DNA from: the human T2T-CHM13v2.0 reference genome, Homo sapiens
Reading direction: 5' to 3' (one strand)
Assembly: GCF_009914755.1 (NCBI RefSeq)
Contig: NC_060928.1
Length of the DNA: 64,000 nucleotides
Shown here in pieces: positions 38,226 to 53,194 of the stretch. Under the pieces are notes generated by a model, which was not told the DNA's origin, ran no database searches, and was given only the letters and a program-made list of their open reading frames with translations. How positions within the stretch are numbered: position 1 is the stretch's first letter; the number at the start of each line of letters is the position of its first letter. Position numbers and translations under genes: made by a program.

Positions 38226-40267
38226 CATTCTCAGAAACTTCTTTGTGTTGTGTGTACTCATGTAACAGTGTTGAACCATCCTTTTGACAGAGCAGTTTTG
38301 AAACACTCTTTTTGTAGAATCTGCAAGTGGATATTTGGATAGCTTTGAGGATTTCGTTGGAAACGGGATGACATATAATATCTAGAGAGAAGCATTCTCA
38401 GGAACTTCTTTGTGATGTTTGCATTCAAGTCACAGAATTGAACATTCCCTTTCATAGAGCAGGTTTGAAACACTCTTTCTCTAGTATCTGGAAGTGGGCA
38501 TTTCAAGCGCTTTCAGGCCTATGGAGAGAAAGGAAATACCTTCAAATAAAAACTAGACAGAAGCATTCTCAGAAACTTATTTGTGATGTGTGTCCTCAAC
38601 TAACAGAGTTGAACCTTTGTTTTGATACAGCATTTTGGAAACACTCCTTTTGTAGAATCTGCAGGTGGATATTTGGATAACTTTGAAGATTTCGTTGGAA
38701 ACCGGAATATCTTCATATAAAATCAAGACAGAAGCATTCTCGGAAACATCTCTGTGATGTTTGCATTCAACTCAGTAGAGTTGAACACTTCCTTTCATAG
38801 AGCCGGTTTGAAACACTCTTTCTGCATTACCTGGAAGCGGACATTTCGAGCGCTTTGAGGCCTATGGTGAAAAAGGAAATATCTTCTCATAAAAACCAGA
38901 AAGAAGCATTCTCAGAAACTTCTTTGTGTTGTGTGTACTCAAGTAACAGTGTTGAACCTTCCTTTTGACACAGCAGTTTTGAAACACTCTTTTGGTAGAA
39001 TCTGCAAGTGGATATTTGGATAGCTTTGAGGATTTCGTTGGAAACGGGTTATCTTCATATAAAATCCAGACAGGAGCATTCTCAGAAACTTCTTTGTGCT
39101 GCATGTCCTCAATTCACAGAGCTGAACCTTTGTTTGGATACAGCATTTTGGAAACATTCCTTTAGTAGAATCTGCAAGTTGATATTTAGATAGCTTTGAA
39201 GATTTCGTTGGAAAAGGGAATATCTCCATATAAAATCTAGAGGGAAGCATTCTCAGAAACTGCTTTGTGATGTTTCCATTCAAGTCACAGAGTTGAATAT
39301 TCCCTTTTATAGAGCACGTTTGAAACACTCTTTCTGCACTATCTGGAAGTGGACATTTCGAGCGCTTTGAGGCCTATGGTGAAAAAGGAAATATCTTCCC
39401 ATAAAAACTAGACAGAAGCATTCTCAGAAACTTGTTTGTGATGTGTGTATTCAACTAACAGAGTTGAACTTTTGTTTTTACAGAGCCGTTTTAAAACACT
39501 CTTTTTGTGGAATCAGAAAGTGGATATTCGGATGGCTCTGAGGATTTCGTTGGAAGCGGGATTACATATAAAATCTAGAGAGAAGCATTCTCAGGAACTT
39601 CTTTGTGATGTTTGCATTGAAGTCACAGAATTGAACATTCACTTTGATAGAGCAGGTTTGAAACACTCATTCTGTAGTATCTGGAAGTGGACATTTCAAG
39701 CGCTTTCAGGCCTATGGTGAGAAAGGAAATATCTTCGAATAAAAACTAGACAGAAGCATCCTCAGAAACTTATTTGTGATGTGTGTCCTCAACTAACAGA
39801 GTTGAAACTTTGTTTTGATACAGCATTTTGGAAACACTCTTTTTGTAGAATCTGCAGGTGGATATTTGGATAGCTTAGAGGGATTCGTTGGAAAGGGGAT
39901 ATCTTCATATAAAATCTAGACAGAAGCATTCTCAGAAACTTATTTGTGATGTGTGTCCTCAACTAACAGAGTTGAACCTTGGTTTTGATACAGCATTTTG
40001 GAAACACTCCTTTTGTAGAATCTGCAGGTGGATATGTGGATAGCTCTGAAGATTTCGTTGGAAACGGGAATTTCTTCATATAAAATCAAACAGAAGCATT
40101 CTCAGAAACTTCTCAGTGATGTTTGCATTCAGCTCATGGAGTTGAACACTTCCTTTCATAGAGCCGGTTTGAAACACTCTTTCTGCACTACCTGGAAGAG
40201 GACATTTCGAGCGCTTTGAGTCCTATGGTGAAAAAGGAAATATCTTCTCATAAAAACCAGAAAGAAG
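38226..40267 (+). repeat. 12-mer HOR variant (m1-5,6/13,14-19; 2042 bp)
   Basis: m6 sequence runs up to tagctttgaa (~39195), then the m13 tail ggaaaagggaatatctcc (~39215) follows. Confidence 0.9.
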
Positions 40268-43200
40268 CATTCTCAGAAACTTCTTTGTGTTGTGTGTACT
40301 CATGTAACAGTGTTGAACCATCCTTTTGACAGAGCAGTTTTGAAACACTCTTTTTGTAGAATCTGCAAGTGGATATTTGGATAGCTTTGAGGATTTCGTT
40401 GGAAACGGGATGACATATAATATCTAGAGAGAAGCATTCTCAGGAACTTCTTTGTGATGTTTGCATTCAAGTCACAGAATTGAACATTCCCTTTCATAGA
40501 GCAGGTTTGAATCACTCTTTCTCTAGTATCTGGAAGTGGGCATTTCAAGCGCTTTCAGGCCTATGGAGAGAAAGGAAATACCTTCAAATAAAAACTAGAC
40601 AGAAGCATTCTCAGAAACTTATTTGTGATGTGTGTCCTCAACTAACAGAGTTGAACCTTTGTTTTGATACAGCATTTTGGAAACACTCCTTTTGTAGAAT
40701 CTGCAGGTGGATATTTGGATAACTTTGAAGATTTCGTTGGAAACCGGAATATCTTCATATAAAATCAAGACAGAAGCATTCTCGGAAACATCTCTGTGAT
40801 GTTTGCATTCAACTCAGTAGAGTTGAACACTTCCTTTCATAGAGCCGGTTTGAAACACTCTTTCTGCACTACCTGGAAGCGGACATTTCGAGCGCTTTGA
40901 GGCCTATGGTGAAAAAGGAAATATCTTCTCATAAAAACCAGAAAGAAGCATTCTCAGAAACTTCTTTGTGTTGTGTGTACTCAAGTAACAGTGTTGAACC
41001 TTCCTTTTGACACAGCAGTTTTGAAACACTCTTTTGGTAGAATCTGCAAGTGGATATTTGGATAGCTTTGAGGATTTCGTTGGAAACGGGTTATCTTCAT
41101 ATAAAATCCAGACAGGAGCATTCTCAGAAACTTCTTTGTGCTGCATGTCCTCAATTCACAGAGCTGAACCTTTGTTTGGATACAGCATTTTGGAAACATT
41201 CCTTTAGTAGAATCTGCAAGTTGATATTTAGATAGCTTTGAAGATTTCGTTGGAAACGGGAATATCTTCATAGAAAATCTAGACGGAAGCATTCTCAGAA
41301 ACTGCTTTGTGATGTTTGCATTCAAGTCACAGAGTTGAATATTCCCTTTTATAGAGTAGGTTTGAAACACTCTTTTGGCACTACCTGGAAGTGGATATTT
41401 CGAGCTCTTTGAGGCCTATGGTTAAAAGGAAATATCTTCCCATAAAAACTAGACAGAAGCCGTCTCAGAAACTTGTTTGTGATGTGTGTATTCAACTAAC
41501 AGAGTTGAACATTTCTGTTACAGAGCAATTTTAAAACACTCTTTTTGTGGAATCTGAAAGTGGATAATTGGATAGCTTTGTGGATTTCGATGGAAACGGG
41601 ATGACGTATAAAATCTAGAGAGAAGCATTCTCAGGAACTTCTTTCTGATGTTTGCATTCAAGTCACAGAATTGAACATTCCTTTTCATAGTGCAGGTTTG
41701 AAACACTCTTTCTGTAGTATCTGGAAGTGGACATTTCAAGCGCTTTCAGGCCTACGGGGAGAAAGGAAATATCTTCAAATAAAAACTAGACAGAAGGATT
41801 CTCAGAAACTTATTTGTGATGTGTGTCCTAAACGAACACAGTTGAACCTTTGTTTTGATACAGCATTTTGGAAACACTCCTTTTGTAGGATCTGCAGGTG
41901 GATATTTGGATAGATTTTTAAGATTTCGTTGGAAACGGGAGTTTCTTCATAGAAACTCAAGACAGATGCATTCTCAGAAACATCTCTGTGATGTTTGCAT
42001 TCCACTCATAGAGTTGAAAACTTCCTTTCATAGAGCAGGTTTGAAACACTCTTTTTGTAATATTTGGAAGTGGACATTTGCAGCGCTTTGAGGCCTATGG
42101 TGAAAAAGGAAATATCTTCTCATAAAAACCAGAAACAAGCATTCTCAGAAACTTCTTTTTGATGTGTGTACTCAAGTAACAGAGTTGAACCTTCCTTTTG
42201 ACACAGCAGTTTTGAAACAATCTTTTTGTAGAATCTGCAAGTGGATATTTGGATAGCTTTGAGGATTTCGTTGGAAACGGGATATCTTCATATAAAATCT
42301 AGACAGAAGCATTCTCAGAAACTTCTTTGTGCTGTATGTCCTCAATTAACAGAGTTGAACCATTGCTTGGATACAGCATTTTGGAAACATTCCTTGAGTA
42401 GAATCTGCAAGTTGATATTTAGATAGATTTGAAGATTTCGTTGGAAAAGGGAATATCTCCATATAAAATCTAGAGGGAAGCATTCTCAGAAACTGCTTTG
42501 TGATGTTTCCATTCAAGTCACAGAGTTGAATATTCCCTTTTATAGAGCACGTTTGAAACACTCTTTCTGCACTATCTGGAAGTGGACATTTCGAGCGCTT
42601 TGAGGCCTATGGTGAAAAAGGAAATATCTTCCCATAAAAACTAGACAGAAGCATTCTCAGAAACTTGTTTGTGATGTGTGTATTCAACTAACAGAGTTGA
42701 ACTTTTGTTTTTACAGAGCCGTTTTAAAACACTCTTTTGTGGAATCAGAAAGTGGATATTCGGATGGCTCTGAGGATTTCGTTGGAAGTGGGATTACATA
42801 TAAAATCTAGAGAGAAGCATTCTCAGGAACTTCTTTGTGATGTTTGCATTGAAGTCACAGAATTGAACATTCACTTTGATAGAGCAGGTTTGAAACACTC
42901 ATTCTGTAGTATCTGGAAGTGGACATTTCAAGCGCTTTCAGGCCTATGGTGAGAAAGGAAATATCTTCGAATAAAAACTAGACAGAAGCATCCTCAGAAA
43001 CTTATTTGTGATGTGTGTCCTCAACTAACAGAGTTGAAACTTTGTTTTGATACAGCATTTTGGAAACACTCTTTTTGTAGAATCTGCAGGTGGATATTTG
43101 GATAGCTTAGAGGGATTCGTTGGAAAGGGGATATCTTCATATAAAATCTAGACAGAAGCATTCTCAGAAACTTATTTGTGATGTGTGTCCTCAACTAACA

Positions 43201-46200
43201 GAGTTGAACCTTGGTTTTGATACAGCATTTTGGAAACACTCCTTTTGTAGAATCTGCAGGTGGATATGTGGATAGCTCTGAAGATTTCGTTGGAAACGGG
43301 AATTTCTTCATATAAAATCAAACAGAAGCATTCTCAGAAACTTCTCAGTGATGTTTGCATTCAGCTCATGGAGTTGAACACTTCCTTTCATAGAGCCGGT
43401 TTGAAACACTCTTTCTGCACTACCTGGAAGAGGACATTTCGAGCGCTTTGAGTCCTATGGTGAAAAAGGAAATATCTTCTCATAAAAACCAGAAAGAAGC
43501 ATTCTCAGAAACTTCTTTGTGTTGTGTGTACTCATGTAACAGTGTTGAACCATCCTTTTGACAGAGCAGTTTTGAAACACTCTTTTTGTAGAATCTGCAA
43601 GTGGATATTTGGATAGCTTTGAGGATTTCGTTGGAAACGGGATGACATATAATATCTAGAGAGAAGCATTCTCAGGAACTTCTTTGTGATGTTTGCATTC
43701 AAGTCACAGAATTGAACATTCCCTTTCATAGAGCAGGTTTGAAACACTCTTTCTCTAGTATCTGGAAGTGGGCATTTCAAGCGCTTTCAGGCCTATGGAG
43801 AGAAAGGAAATACCTTCAAATAAAAACTAGACAGAAGCATTCTCAGAAACTTATTTGTGATGTGTGTCCTCAACTAACAGAGTTGAACCTTTGTTTTGAT
43901 ACAGCATTTTGGAAACACTCCTTTTGTAGAATCTGCAGGTGGATATTTGGATAACTTTGAAGATTTCGTTGGAAACCGGAATATCTTCATATAAAATCAA
44001 GACAGAAGCATTCTCGGAAACATCTCTGTGATGTTTGCATTCAACTCAGTAGAGTTGAACACTTCCTTTCATAGAGCCGGTTTGAAACACTCTTTCTGCA
44101 CTACCTGGAAGCGGACATTTGGAGCGCTTTGAGGCCTATGGTGAAAAAGGAAATATCTTCTCATAAAAACCAGAAAGAAGCATTCTCAGAAACTTCTTTG
44201 TGTTGTGTGTACTCAAGTAACAGTGTTGAACCTTCCTTTTGACACAGCAGTTTTGAAACACTCTTTTGGTAGAATCTGCAAGTGGATATTTGGATAGCTT
44301 TGAGGATTTCGTTGGAAACGGGTTATCTTCATATAAAATCCAGACAGGAGCATTCTCAGAAACTTCTTTGTGCTGCATGTCCTCAATTCACAGAGCTGAA
44401 CCTTTGTTTGGATACAGCATTTTGGAAACATTCCTTTAGTAGAATCTGCAAGTTGATATTTAGATCGCTTTGAAGATTTTGTTGGAAACGGGAATATCTT
44501 CATAGAAAATCTAGACAGAAGCATTCTCAGAAACTGCTTTGTGATGTTTGCATTCAAGTCACAGAGTTGAATATTCCATTTTATAGAGTAGGTTTGAAAC
44601 ACTCTTTCGGCACTACCTGGAAGTGGATATTTCGAGCTCTTTGAGGCCTATGGTTAAAAGGAAATATCTTCCCATAAAAACTAGACAGAAGCCGTCTCAG
44701 AAACTTGTTTGTGATGTGTGTATTCAACTAACAGAGTTGAACATTTCTGTTACAGAGCAATTTTAAAACACTCTTTTTGTGGAATCTGAAAGTGGATAAT
44801 TGGATAGCTTTGTGGATTTCGTTGGAAACGGGATGACGTATAAAATCTAGAGAGAAGCATTCTCAGGAACTTCTTTCTGATGTTTGCATTCAAGTCACAG
44901 AATTGAACATTCCTTTTCATAGTGCAGGTTTGAAACACTCTTTCTGTAGTATCTGGAAGTGGACATTTCAAGCGCTTTCAGGCCTACGGGGAGAAAGGAA
45001 ATATCTTCAAATAAAAACTAGACAGAAGGATTCTCAGAAACTTATTTGTGATGTGTGTCCTAAACGAACATAGTTGAACCTTTGTTTTGATACAGCATTT
45101 TGGAAACACTCCTTTTGTAGGATCTGCAGGTGGATATTTGGATAGATTTTAAGATTTCGTTGGAAACGGGAGTTTCTTCATAGAAACTCAAGACAGATGT
45201 ATTCTCAGAAACATCTCTGTGATGTTTGCATTCCACTCATAGAGTTGAAAACTTCCTTTCATAGAGCAGGTTTGAAACACTCTTTTTGTAATATTTGGAA
45301 GTGGACATTTGCAGCGCTTTGAGGCCTATGGTGAAAAAGGAAATATCTTCTCATAAAAACCAGAAACAAGCATTCTCAGAAACTTCTTTTTGATGTGTGT
45401 ACTCAAGTAACAGAGTTGAACCTTCCTTTTGACACAGCAGTTTTGAAACAATCTTTTTGTAGAATCTGCAAGTGGATATTTGGATAGCTTTGAGGATTTC
45501 GTTGGAAACGGGATATCTTCATATAAAATCTAGACAGAAGCATTCTCAGAAACTTCTTTGTGCTGTATGTCCTCAATTAACAGAGTTGAACCATTGCTTG
45601 GATACAGCATTTTGGAAACATTCCTTGAGTAGAATCTGCAAGTTTATATTTAGATAGATTTGAAGATTTCGTTGGAAAAGGGAATATCTCCATATAAAAT
45701 CTAGAGGGAAGCATTCTCAGAAACTGCTTTGTGATGTTTCCATTCAAGTCACAGAGTTGAATATTCCCTTTTATAGAGCACGTTTGAAACACTCTTTCTG
45801 CACTATCTGGAAGTGGACATTTCGAGCGCTTTGAGGCCTATGGTGAAAAAGGAAATATCTTCCCATAAAAACTAGACAGAAGCATTCTCAGAAACTTGTT
45901 TGTGATGTGTGTATTCAACTAACAGAGTTGAACTTTTGTTTTTACAGAGCCGTTTTAAAACACTCTTTTGTGGAATCAGAAAGTGGATATTCGGATGGCT
46001 CTGAGGATTTCGTTGGAAGCGGGATTACATATAAAATCTAGAGAGAAGCATTCTCAGGAACTTCTTTGTGATGTTTGCATTGAAGTCACAGAATTGAACA
46101 TTCACTTTGATAGAGCAGGTTTGAAACACTCATTCTGTAGTATCTGGAAGTGGACATTTCAAGCGCTTTCAGGCCTATGGTGAGAAAGGAAATATCTTCG

Positions 46201-49200
46201 AATAAAAACTAGACAGAAGCATCCTCAGAAACTTATTTGTGATGTGTGTCCTCAACTAACAGAGTTGAAACTTTGTTTTGATACAGCATTTTGGAAACAC
46301 TCTTTTTGTAGAATCTGCAGGTGGATATTTGGATAGCTTAGAGGGATTCGTTGGAAAGGGGATATCTTCATATAAAATCTAGACAGAAGCATTCTCAGAA
46401 ACTTATTTGTGATGTGTGTCCTCAACTAACAGAGTTGAACCTTGGTTTTGATACAGCATTTTGGAAACACTCCTTTTGTAGAATCTGCAGGTGGATATGT
46501 GGATAGCTCTGAAGATTTCGTTGGAAACGGGAATTACTTCATATAAAATCAAACAGAAGCATTCTCAGAAACTTCTCAGTGATGTTTGCATTCAGCTCAT
46601 GGAGTTGAACACTTCCTTTCATAGAGCCGGTTTGAAACACTCTTTCTGCACTACCTGGAAGAGGACATTTCGAGCGCTTTGAGTCCTATGGTGAAAAAGG
46701 AAATATCTTCTCATAAAAACCAGAAAGAAGCATTCTCAGAAACTTCTTTGTGTTGTGTGTACTCATGTAACAGTGTTGAACCATCCTTTTGACAGAGCAG
46801 TTTTGAAACACTCTTTTTGTAGAATCTGCAAGTGGATATTTGGATAGCTTTGAGGATTTCGTTGGAAACGGGATGACATATAATATCTAGAGAGAAGCAT
46901 TCTCAGGAACTTCTTTGTGATGTTTGCATTCAAGTCACAGAATTGAACATTCCCTTTCATAGAGCAGGTTTGAAACACTCTTTCTCTAGTATCTGGAAGT
47001 GGGCATTTCAAGCGCTTTCAGGCCTATGGAGAGAAAGGAAATACCTTCAAATAAAAACTAGACAGAAGCATTCTCAGAAACTTATTTGTGATGTGTGTCC
47101 TCAACTAACAGAGTTGAACCTTTGTTTTGATACAGCATTTTGGAAACACTCCTTTTGTAGAATCTGCAGGTGGATATTTGGATAACTTTGAAGATTTCGT
47201 TGGAAACCGGAATATCTTCATATAAAATCAAGACAGAAGCATTCTCGGAAACATCTCTGTGATGTTTGCATTCAACTCAGTAGAGTTGAACACTTCCTTT
47301 CATAGAGCAGGTTTGAAACACTCTTTCTGCACTACCTGGAAGCGGACATTTCGAGCGCTTTGAGGCCTATGGTGAAAAAGGAAATAGCTTCTCATAAAAA
47401 CCAGAAAGAAGCATTCTCAGAAACTTCTTTGTGTTGTGTGTACTCAAGTAACAGTGTTGAACCTTCCTTTTGACACAGCAGTTTTGAAACACTCTTTTGG
47501 TAGAATCTGCAAGTGGATATTTGGATAGCTTTGAGGATTTCGTTGGAAACGGGTTATCTTCATATAAAATCCAGACAGGAGCATTCTCAGAAACTTCTTT
47601 GTGCTGCATGTCCTCAATTCACAGAGCTGAACCTTTGTTTGGATACAGCATTTTGGAAACATTCCTTTAGTAGAATCTGCAAGTTGATATTTAGATAGCT
47701 TTGAAGATTTCGTTGGAAACGGGAATATCTTCATAGAAAATCTAGACGGAAGCATTCTCAGAAACTGCTTTGTGATGTTTGCATTCAAGTCACAGAGTTG
47801 AATATTCCCTTTTATAGAGTAGGTTTGAAACACTCTTTTGGCACTACCTGGAAGTGGATATTTCGAGCTCTTTGAGGCCTATGGTTAAAAGGAAATATCT
47901 TCCCATAAAAACTAGACAGAAGCCGTCTCAGAAACTTGTTTGTGATGTGTGTATTCAACTAACAGAGTTGAACATTTCTGTTACAGAGCAATTTTAAAAC
48001 ACTCTTTTTGTGGAATCTGAAAGTGGATAATTGGATAGCTTTGTGGATTTCGTTGGAAACGGGATGACGTATAAAATCTAGAGAGAAGCATTCTCAGGAA
48101 CTTCTTTCTGATGTTTGCATTCAAGTCACAGAATTGAACATTCCTTTTCATAGTGCAGGTTTGAAACACTCTTTCTGTAGTATCTGGAAGTGGACATTTC
48201 AAGCGCTTTCAGGCCTACGGGGAGAAAGGAAATATCTTCAAATAAAAACTAGACAGAAGGATTCTCAGAAACTTATTTGTGATGTGTGTCCTAAACGAAC
48301 ACAGTTGAACCTTTGTTTTGATACAGCATTTTGGAAACACTCCTTTTGTAGGATCTGCAGGTGGATATTTGGATAGATTTTAAGATTTCGTTGGAAACGG
48401 GAGTTTCTTCATAGAAACTCAAGACAGATGCATTCTCAGAAACATCTCTGTGATGTTTGCATTCCACTCATAGAGTTGAAAACTTCCTTTCATAGAGCAG
48501 GTTTGAAACACTCTTTTTGTAATATTTGGAAGTGGACATTTGCAGCGCTTTGAGGCCTATGGTGAAAAAGGAAATATCTTCTCATAAAAACCAGAAACAA
48601 GCATTCTCAGAAACTTCTTTTTGATGTGTGTACTCAAGTAACAGAGTTGAACCTTCCTTTTGACACAGCAGTTTTGAAACAATCTTTTTGTAGAATCTGC
48701 AAGTGGATATTTGGATAGCTTTGAGGATTTCGTTGGAAACGGGATATCTTCATATAAAATCTAGACAGAAGCATTCTCAGAAACTTCTTTGTGCTGTATG
48801 TCCTCAATTAACAGAGTTGAACCATTGCTTGGATACAGCATTTTGGAAACATTCCTTGAGTAGAATCTGCAAGTTGATATTTAGATAGATTTGAAGATTT
48901 CGTTGGAAAAGGGAATATCTCCATATAAAATCTAGAGGGAAGCATTCTCAGAAACTGCTTTGTGATGTTTCCATTCAAGTCACAGAGTTGAATATTCCCT
49001 TTTATAGAGCACGTTTGAAACACTCTTTCTGCACTATCTGGAAGTGGACATTTCGAGCGCTTTCAGGCCTATGGTGAAAAAGGAAATATCTTCCCATAAA
49101 AACTAGACAGAAGCATTCTCAGAAACTTGTTTGTGATGTGTGTATTCAACTAACAGAGTTGAACTTTTGTTTTTACAGAGCCGTTTTAAAACACTCTTTT

Positions 49201-52200
49201 TGTGGAATCAGAAAGTGGATATTCGGATGGCTCTGAGGATTTCGTTGGAAGCGGGATTACATATAAAATCTAGAGAGAAGCATTCTCAGGAACTTCTTTG
49301 TGATGTTTGCATTGAAGTCACAGAATTGAACATTCACTTTGATAGAGCAGGTTTGAAACACTCATTCTGTAGTATCTGGAAGTGGACATTTCAAGCGCTT
49401 TCAGGCCTATGGTGAGAAAGGAAATATCTTCGAATAAAAACTAGACAGAAGCATCATCAGAAACTTATTTGTGATGTGTGTCCTCAACTAACAGAGTTGA
49501 AACTTTGTTTTGATACAGCATTTTGGAAACACTCTTTTTCTAGAATCTGCAGGTGGATATTTGGATAGCTTAGAGGGATTCGTTGGAAAAGGGATATCTT
49601 CATATAAAATCTAGACAGAAGCATTCTCAGAAACTTATTTGTGATGTGTGTCCTCAACTAACAGAGTTGAACCTTGGTTTTGATACAGCATTTTGGAAAC
49701 ACTCCTTTTGTAGAATCTGCAGGTGGATATGTGGATAGCTTTGAAGATTTCGTTGGAAACGGGAATTTCTTCATATAAAATCAAACAGAAGCATTCTCAG
49801 AAACTTCTCAGTGATGTTTGCATTCAGCTCATGGAGTTGAACACTTCCTTTCATAGAGCCGGTTTGAAACACTCTTTCTGCACTACCTGGAAGAGGACAT
49901 TTCGAGCGCTTTGAGTCCTATGGTGAAAAAGGAAATATCTTCTCATAAAAACCAGAAAGAAGCATTCTCAGAAACTTCTTTGTGTTGTGTGTACTCATGT
50001 AACAGTGTTGAACCATCCTTTTGACAGAGCAGTTTTGAAACACTCTTTTTGTAGAATCTGCAAGTGGATATTTGGATAGCTTTGAGGATTTCGTTGGAAA
50101 CGGGATGACATATAATATCTAGAGAGAAGCATTCTCAGGAACTTCTTTGTGATGTTTGCATTCAAGTCACAGAATTGAACATTCCCTTTCATAGAGCAGG
50201 TTTGAAACACTCTTTCTCTAGTATCTGGAAGTGGGCATTTCAAGCGCTTTCAGGCCTATGGAGAGAAAGGAAATACCTTCAAATAAAAACTAGACACAAG
50301 CATTCTCAGAAACTTATTTGTGATGTGTGTCCTCAACTAACAGAGTTGAACCTTTGTTTTGATACAGCATTTTGGAAACACTCCTTTTGTAGAATCTGCA
50401 GGTGGATATTTGGATAACTTTGAAGATTTCGTTGGAAACCGGAATATCTTCATATAAAATCAAGACAGAAGCATTCTCGGAAACATCTCTGTGATGTTTG
50501 CATTCAACTCAGTAGAGTTGAACACTTCCTTTCATAGAGCAGGTTTGAAACACTCTTTCTGCACTACCTGGAAGCGGACATTTCGAGCGCTTTGAGGCCT
50601 ATGGTGAAAAAGGAAATATCTTCTCATAAAAACCAGAAAGAAGCATTCTCAGAAACTTCTTTGTGTTGTGTGTACTCAAGTAACAGTGTTGAACCTTCCT
50701 TTTGACACAGCAGTTTTGAAACACTCTTTTGGTAGAATCTGCAAGTGGATATTTGGATAGCTTTGAGGATTTCGTTGGAAACGGGTTATCTTCATATAAA
50801 ATCCAGACAGGAGCATTCTCAGAAACTTCTTTGTGCTGCATGTCCTCAATTCACAGAGCTGAACCTTTGTTTGGATACAGCATTTTGGAAACATTCCTTT
50901 AGTAGAATCTGCAAGTTGATATTTAGATCGCTTTGAAGATTTCGTTGGAAACGGGAATATCTTCATAGAAAATCTAGACGGAAGCATTCTCAGAAACTGC
51001 TTTGTGATGTTTGCATTCAAGTCACAGAGTTGAATATTCCCTTTTATAGAGTAGGTTTGAAACACTCTTTCGGCACTACCTGGAAGTGGATATTTCGAGC
51101 TCTTTGAGGCCTATGGTTAAAAGGAAATATCTTCCCATAAAAACTAGACAGAAGCCGTCTCAGAAACTTGTTTGTGATGTGTGTATTCAACTAACAGAGT
51201 TGAACATTTCTGTTACAGAGCAATTTTAAAACACTCTTTTTGTGGAATCTGAAAGTGGATAATTGGATAGCTTTGTGGATTTCGTTGGAAACGGGATGAC
51301 GTATAAAATCTAGAGAGAAGCATTCTCAGGAACTTCTTTCTGATGTTTGCATTCAAGTCACAGAATTGAACATTCCTTTTCATAGTGCAGGTTTGAAACA
51401 CTCTTTCTGTAGTATCTGGAAGTGGACATTTCAAGCGCTTTCAGGCCTACGGGGAGAAAGGAAATATCTTCAAATAAAAACTAGACAGAAGGATTCTCAG
51501 AAACTTATTTGTGATGTGTGTCCTAAACGAACACAGTTGAACCTTTGTTTTGATACAGCATTTTGGAAACACTCCTTTTGTAGGATCTGCAGGTGGATAT
51601 TTGGATAGATTTTAAGATTTCGTTGGAAACGGGAGTTTCTTCATAGAAACTCAAGACAGATGCATTCTCAGAAACATCTCTGTGATGTTTGCATTCCACT
51701 CATAGAGTTGAAAACTTCCTTTCATAGAGCAGGTTTGAAACACTCTTTTTGTAATATTTGGAAGTGGACATTTGCAGCGCTTTGAGGCCTATGGTGAAAA
51801 AGGAAATATCTTCTCATAAAAACCAGAAACAAGCATTCTCAGAAACTTCTTTTTGATGTGTGTACTCAAGTAACAGAGTTGAACCTTCCTTTTGACACAG
51901 CAGTTTTGAAACAATCTTTTTGTAGAATCTGCAAGTGGATATTTGGATAGCTTTGAGGATTTCGTTGGAAACGGGATATCTTCATATAAAATCTAGACAG
52001 AAGCATTCTCAGAAACTTCTTTGTGCTGTATGTCCTCAATTAACAGAGTTGAACCATTGCTTGGATACAGCATTTTGGAAACATTCCTTGAGTAGAATCT
52101 GCAAGTTGATATTTAGATAGATTTGAAGATTTCGTTGGAAAAGGGAATATCTCCATATAAAATCTAGAGGGAAGCATTCTCAGAAACTGCTTTGTGATGT

Positions 52201-53194
52201 TTCCATTCAAGTCACAGAGTTGAATATTCCCTTTTATAGAGCACGTTTGAAACACTCTTTCTGCACTATCTGGAAGTGGACATTTCGAGCGCTTTCAGGC
52301 CTATGGTGAAAAAGGAAATATCTTCCCATAAAAACTAGACAGAAGCATTCTCAGAAACTTGTTTGTGATGTGTGTATTCAACTAACAGAGTTGAACTTTT
52401 GTTTTTACAGAGCCGTTTTAAAACACTCTTTTTGTGGAATCAGAAAGTGGATATTCGGATGGCTCTGAGGATTTCGTTGGAAGCGGGATTACATATAAAA
52501 TCTAGAGAGAAGCATTCTCAGGAACTTCTTTGTGATGTTTGCATTGAAGTCACAGAATTGAACATTCACTTTGATAGAGCAGGTTTGAAACACTCATTCT
52601 GTAGTATCTGGAAGTGGACATTTCAAGCGCTTTCAGGCCTATGGTGAGAAAGGAAATATCTTCGAATAAAAACTAGACAGAAGCATCATCAGAAACTTAT
52701 TTGTGATGTGTGTCCTCAACTAACAGAGTTGAAACTTTGTTTTGATACAGCATTTTGGAAACACTCTTTTTCTAGAATCTGCAGGTGGATATTTGGATAG
52801 CTTAGAGGGATTCGTTGGAAAAGGGATATCTTCATATAAAATCTAGACAGAAGCATTCTCAGAAACTTATTTGTGATGTGTGTCCTCAACTAACAGAGTT
52901 GAACCTTGGTTTTGATACAGCATTTTGGAAACACTCCTTTTGTAGAATCTGCAGGTGGATATGTGGATAGCTCTGAAGATTTCGTTGGAAACGGGAATTT
53001 CTTCATATAAAATCAAACAGAAGCATTCTCAGAAACTTCTCAGTGATGTTTGCATTCAGCTCATGGAGTTGAACACTTCCTTTCATAGAGCCGGTTTGAA
53101 ACACTCTTTCTGCACTACCTGGAAGAGGACATTTCGAGCGCTTTGAGTCCTATGGTGAAAAAGGAAATATCTTCTCATAAAAACCAGAAAGAAG

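Noticed and set aside
31888-41602. Altered CENP-B boxes ttcgtagg (~31894) and ttcgatgg (~41590)
   Set aside because: The changes fall in unconstrained N positions, so the 9-bp core is intact.
41802-42091. Unique-looking ORFs at 41802 and 41855
   Set aside because: They are caused by a 1-bp T insertion in a homopolymer (tagattttta, ~41915).
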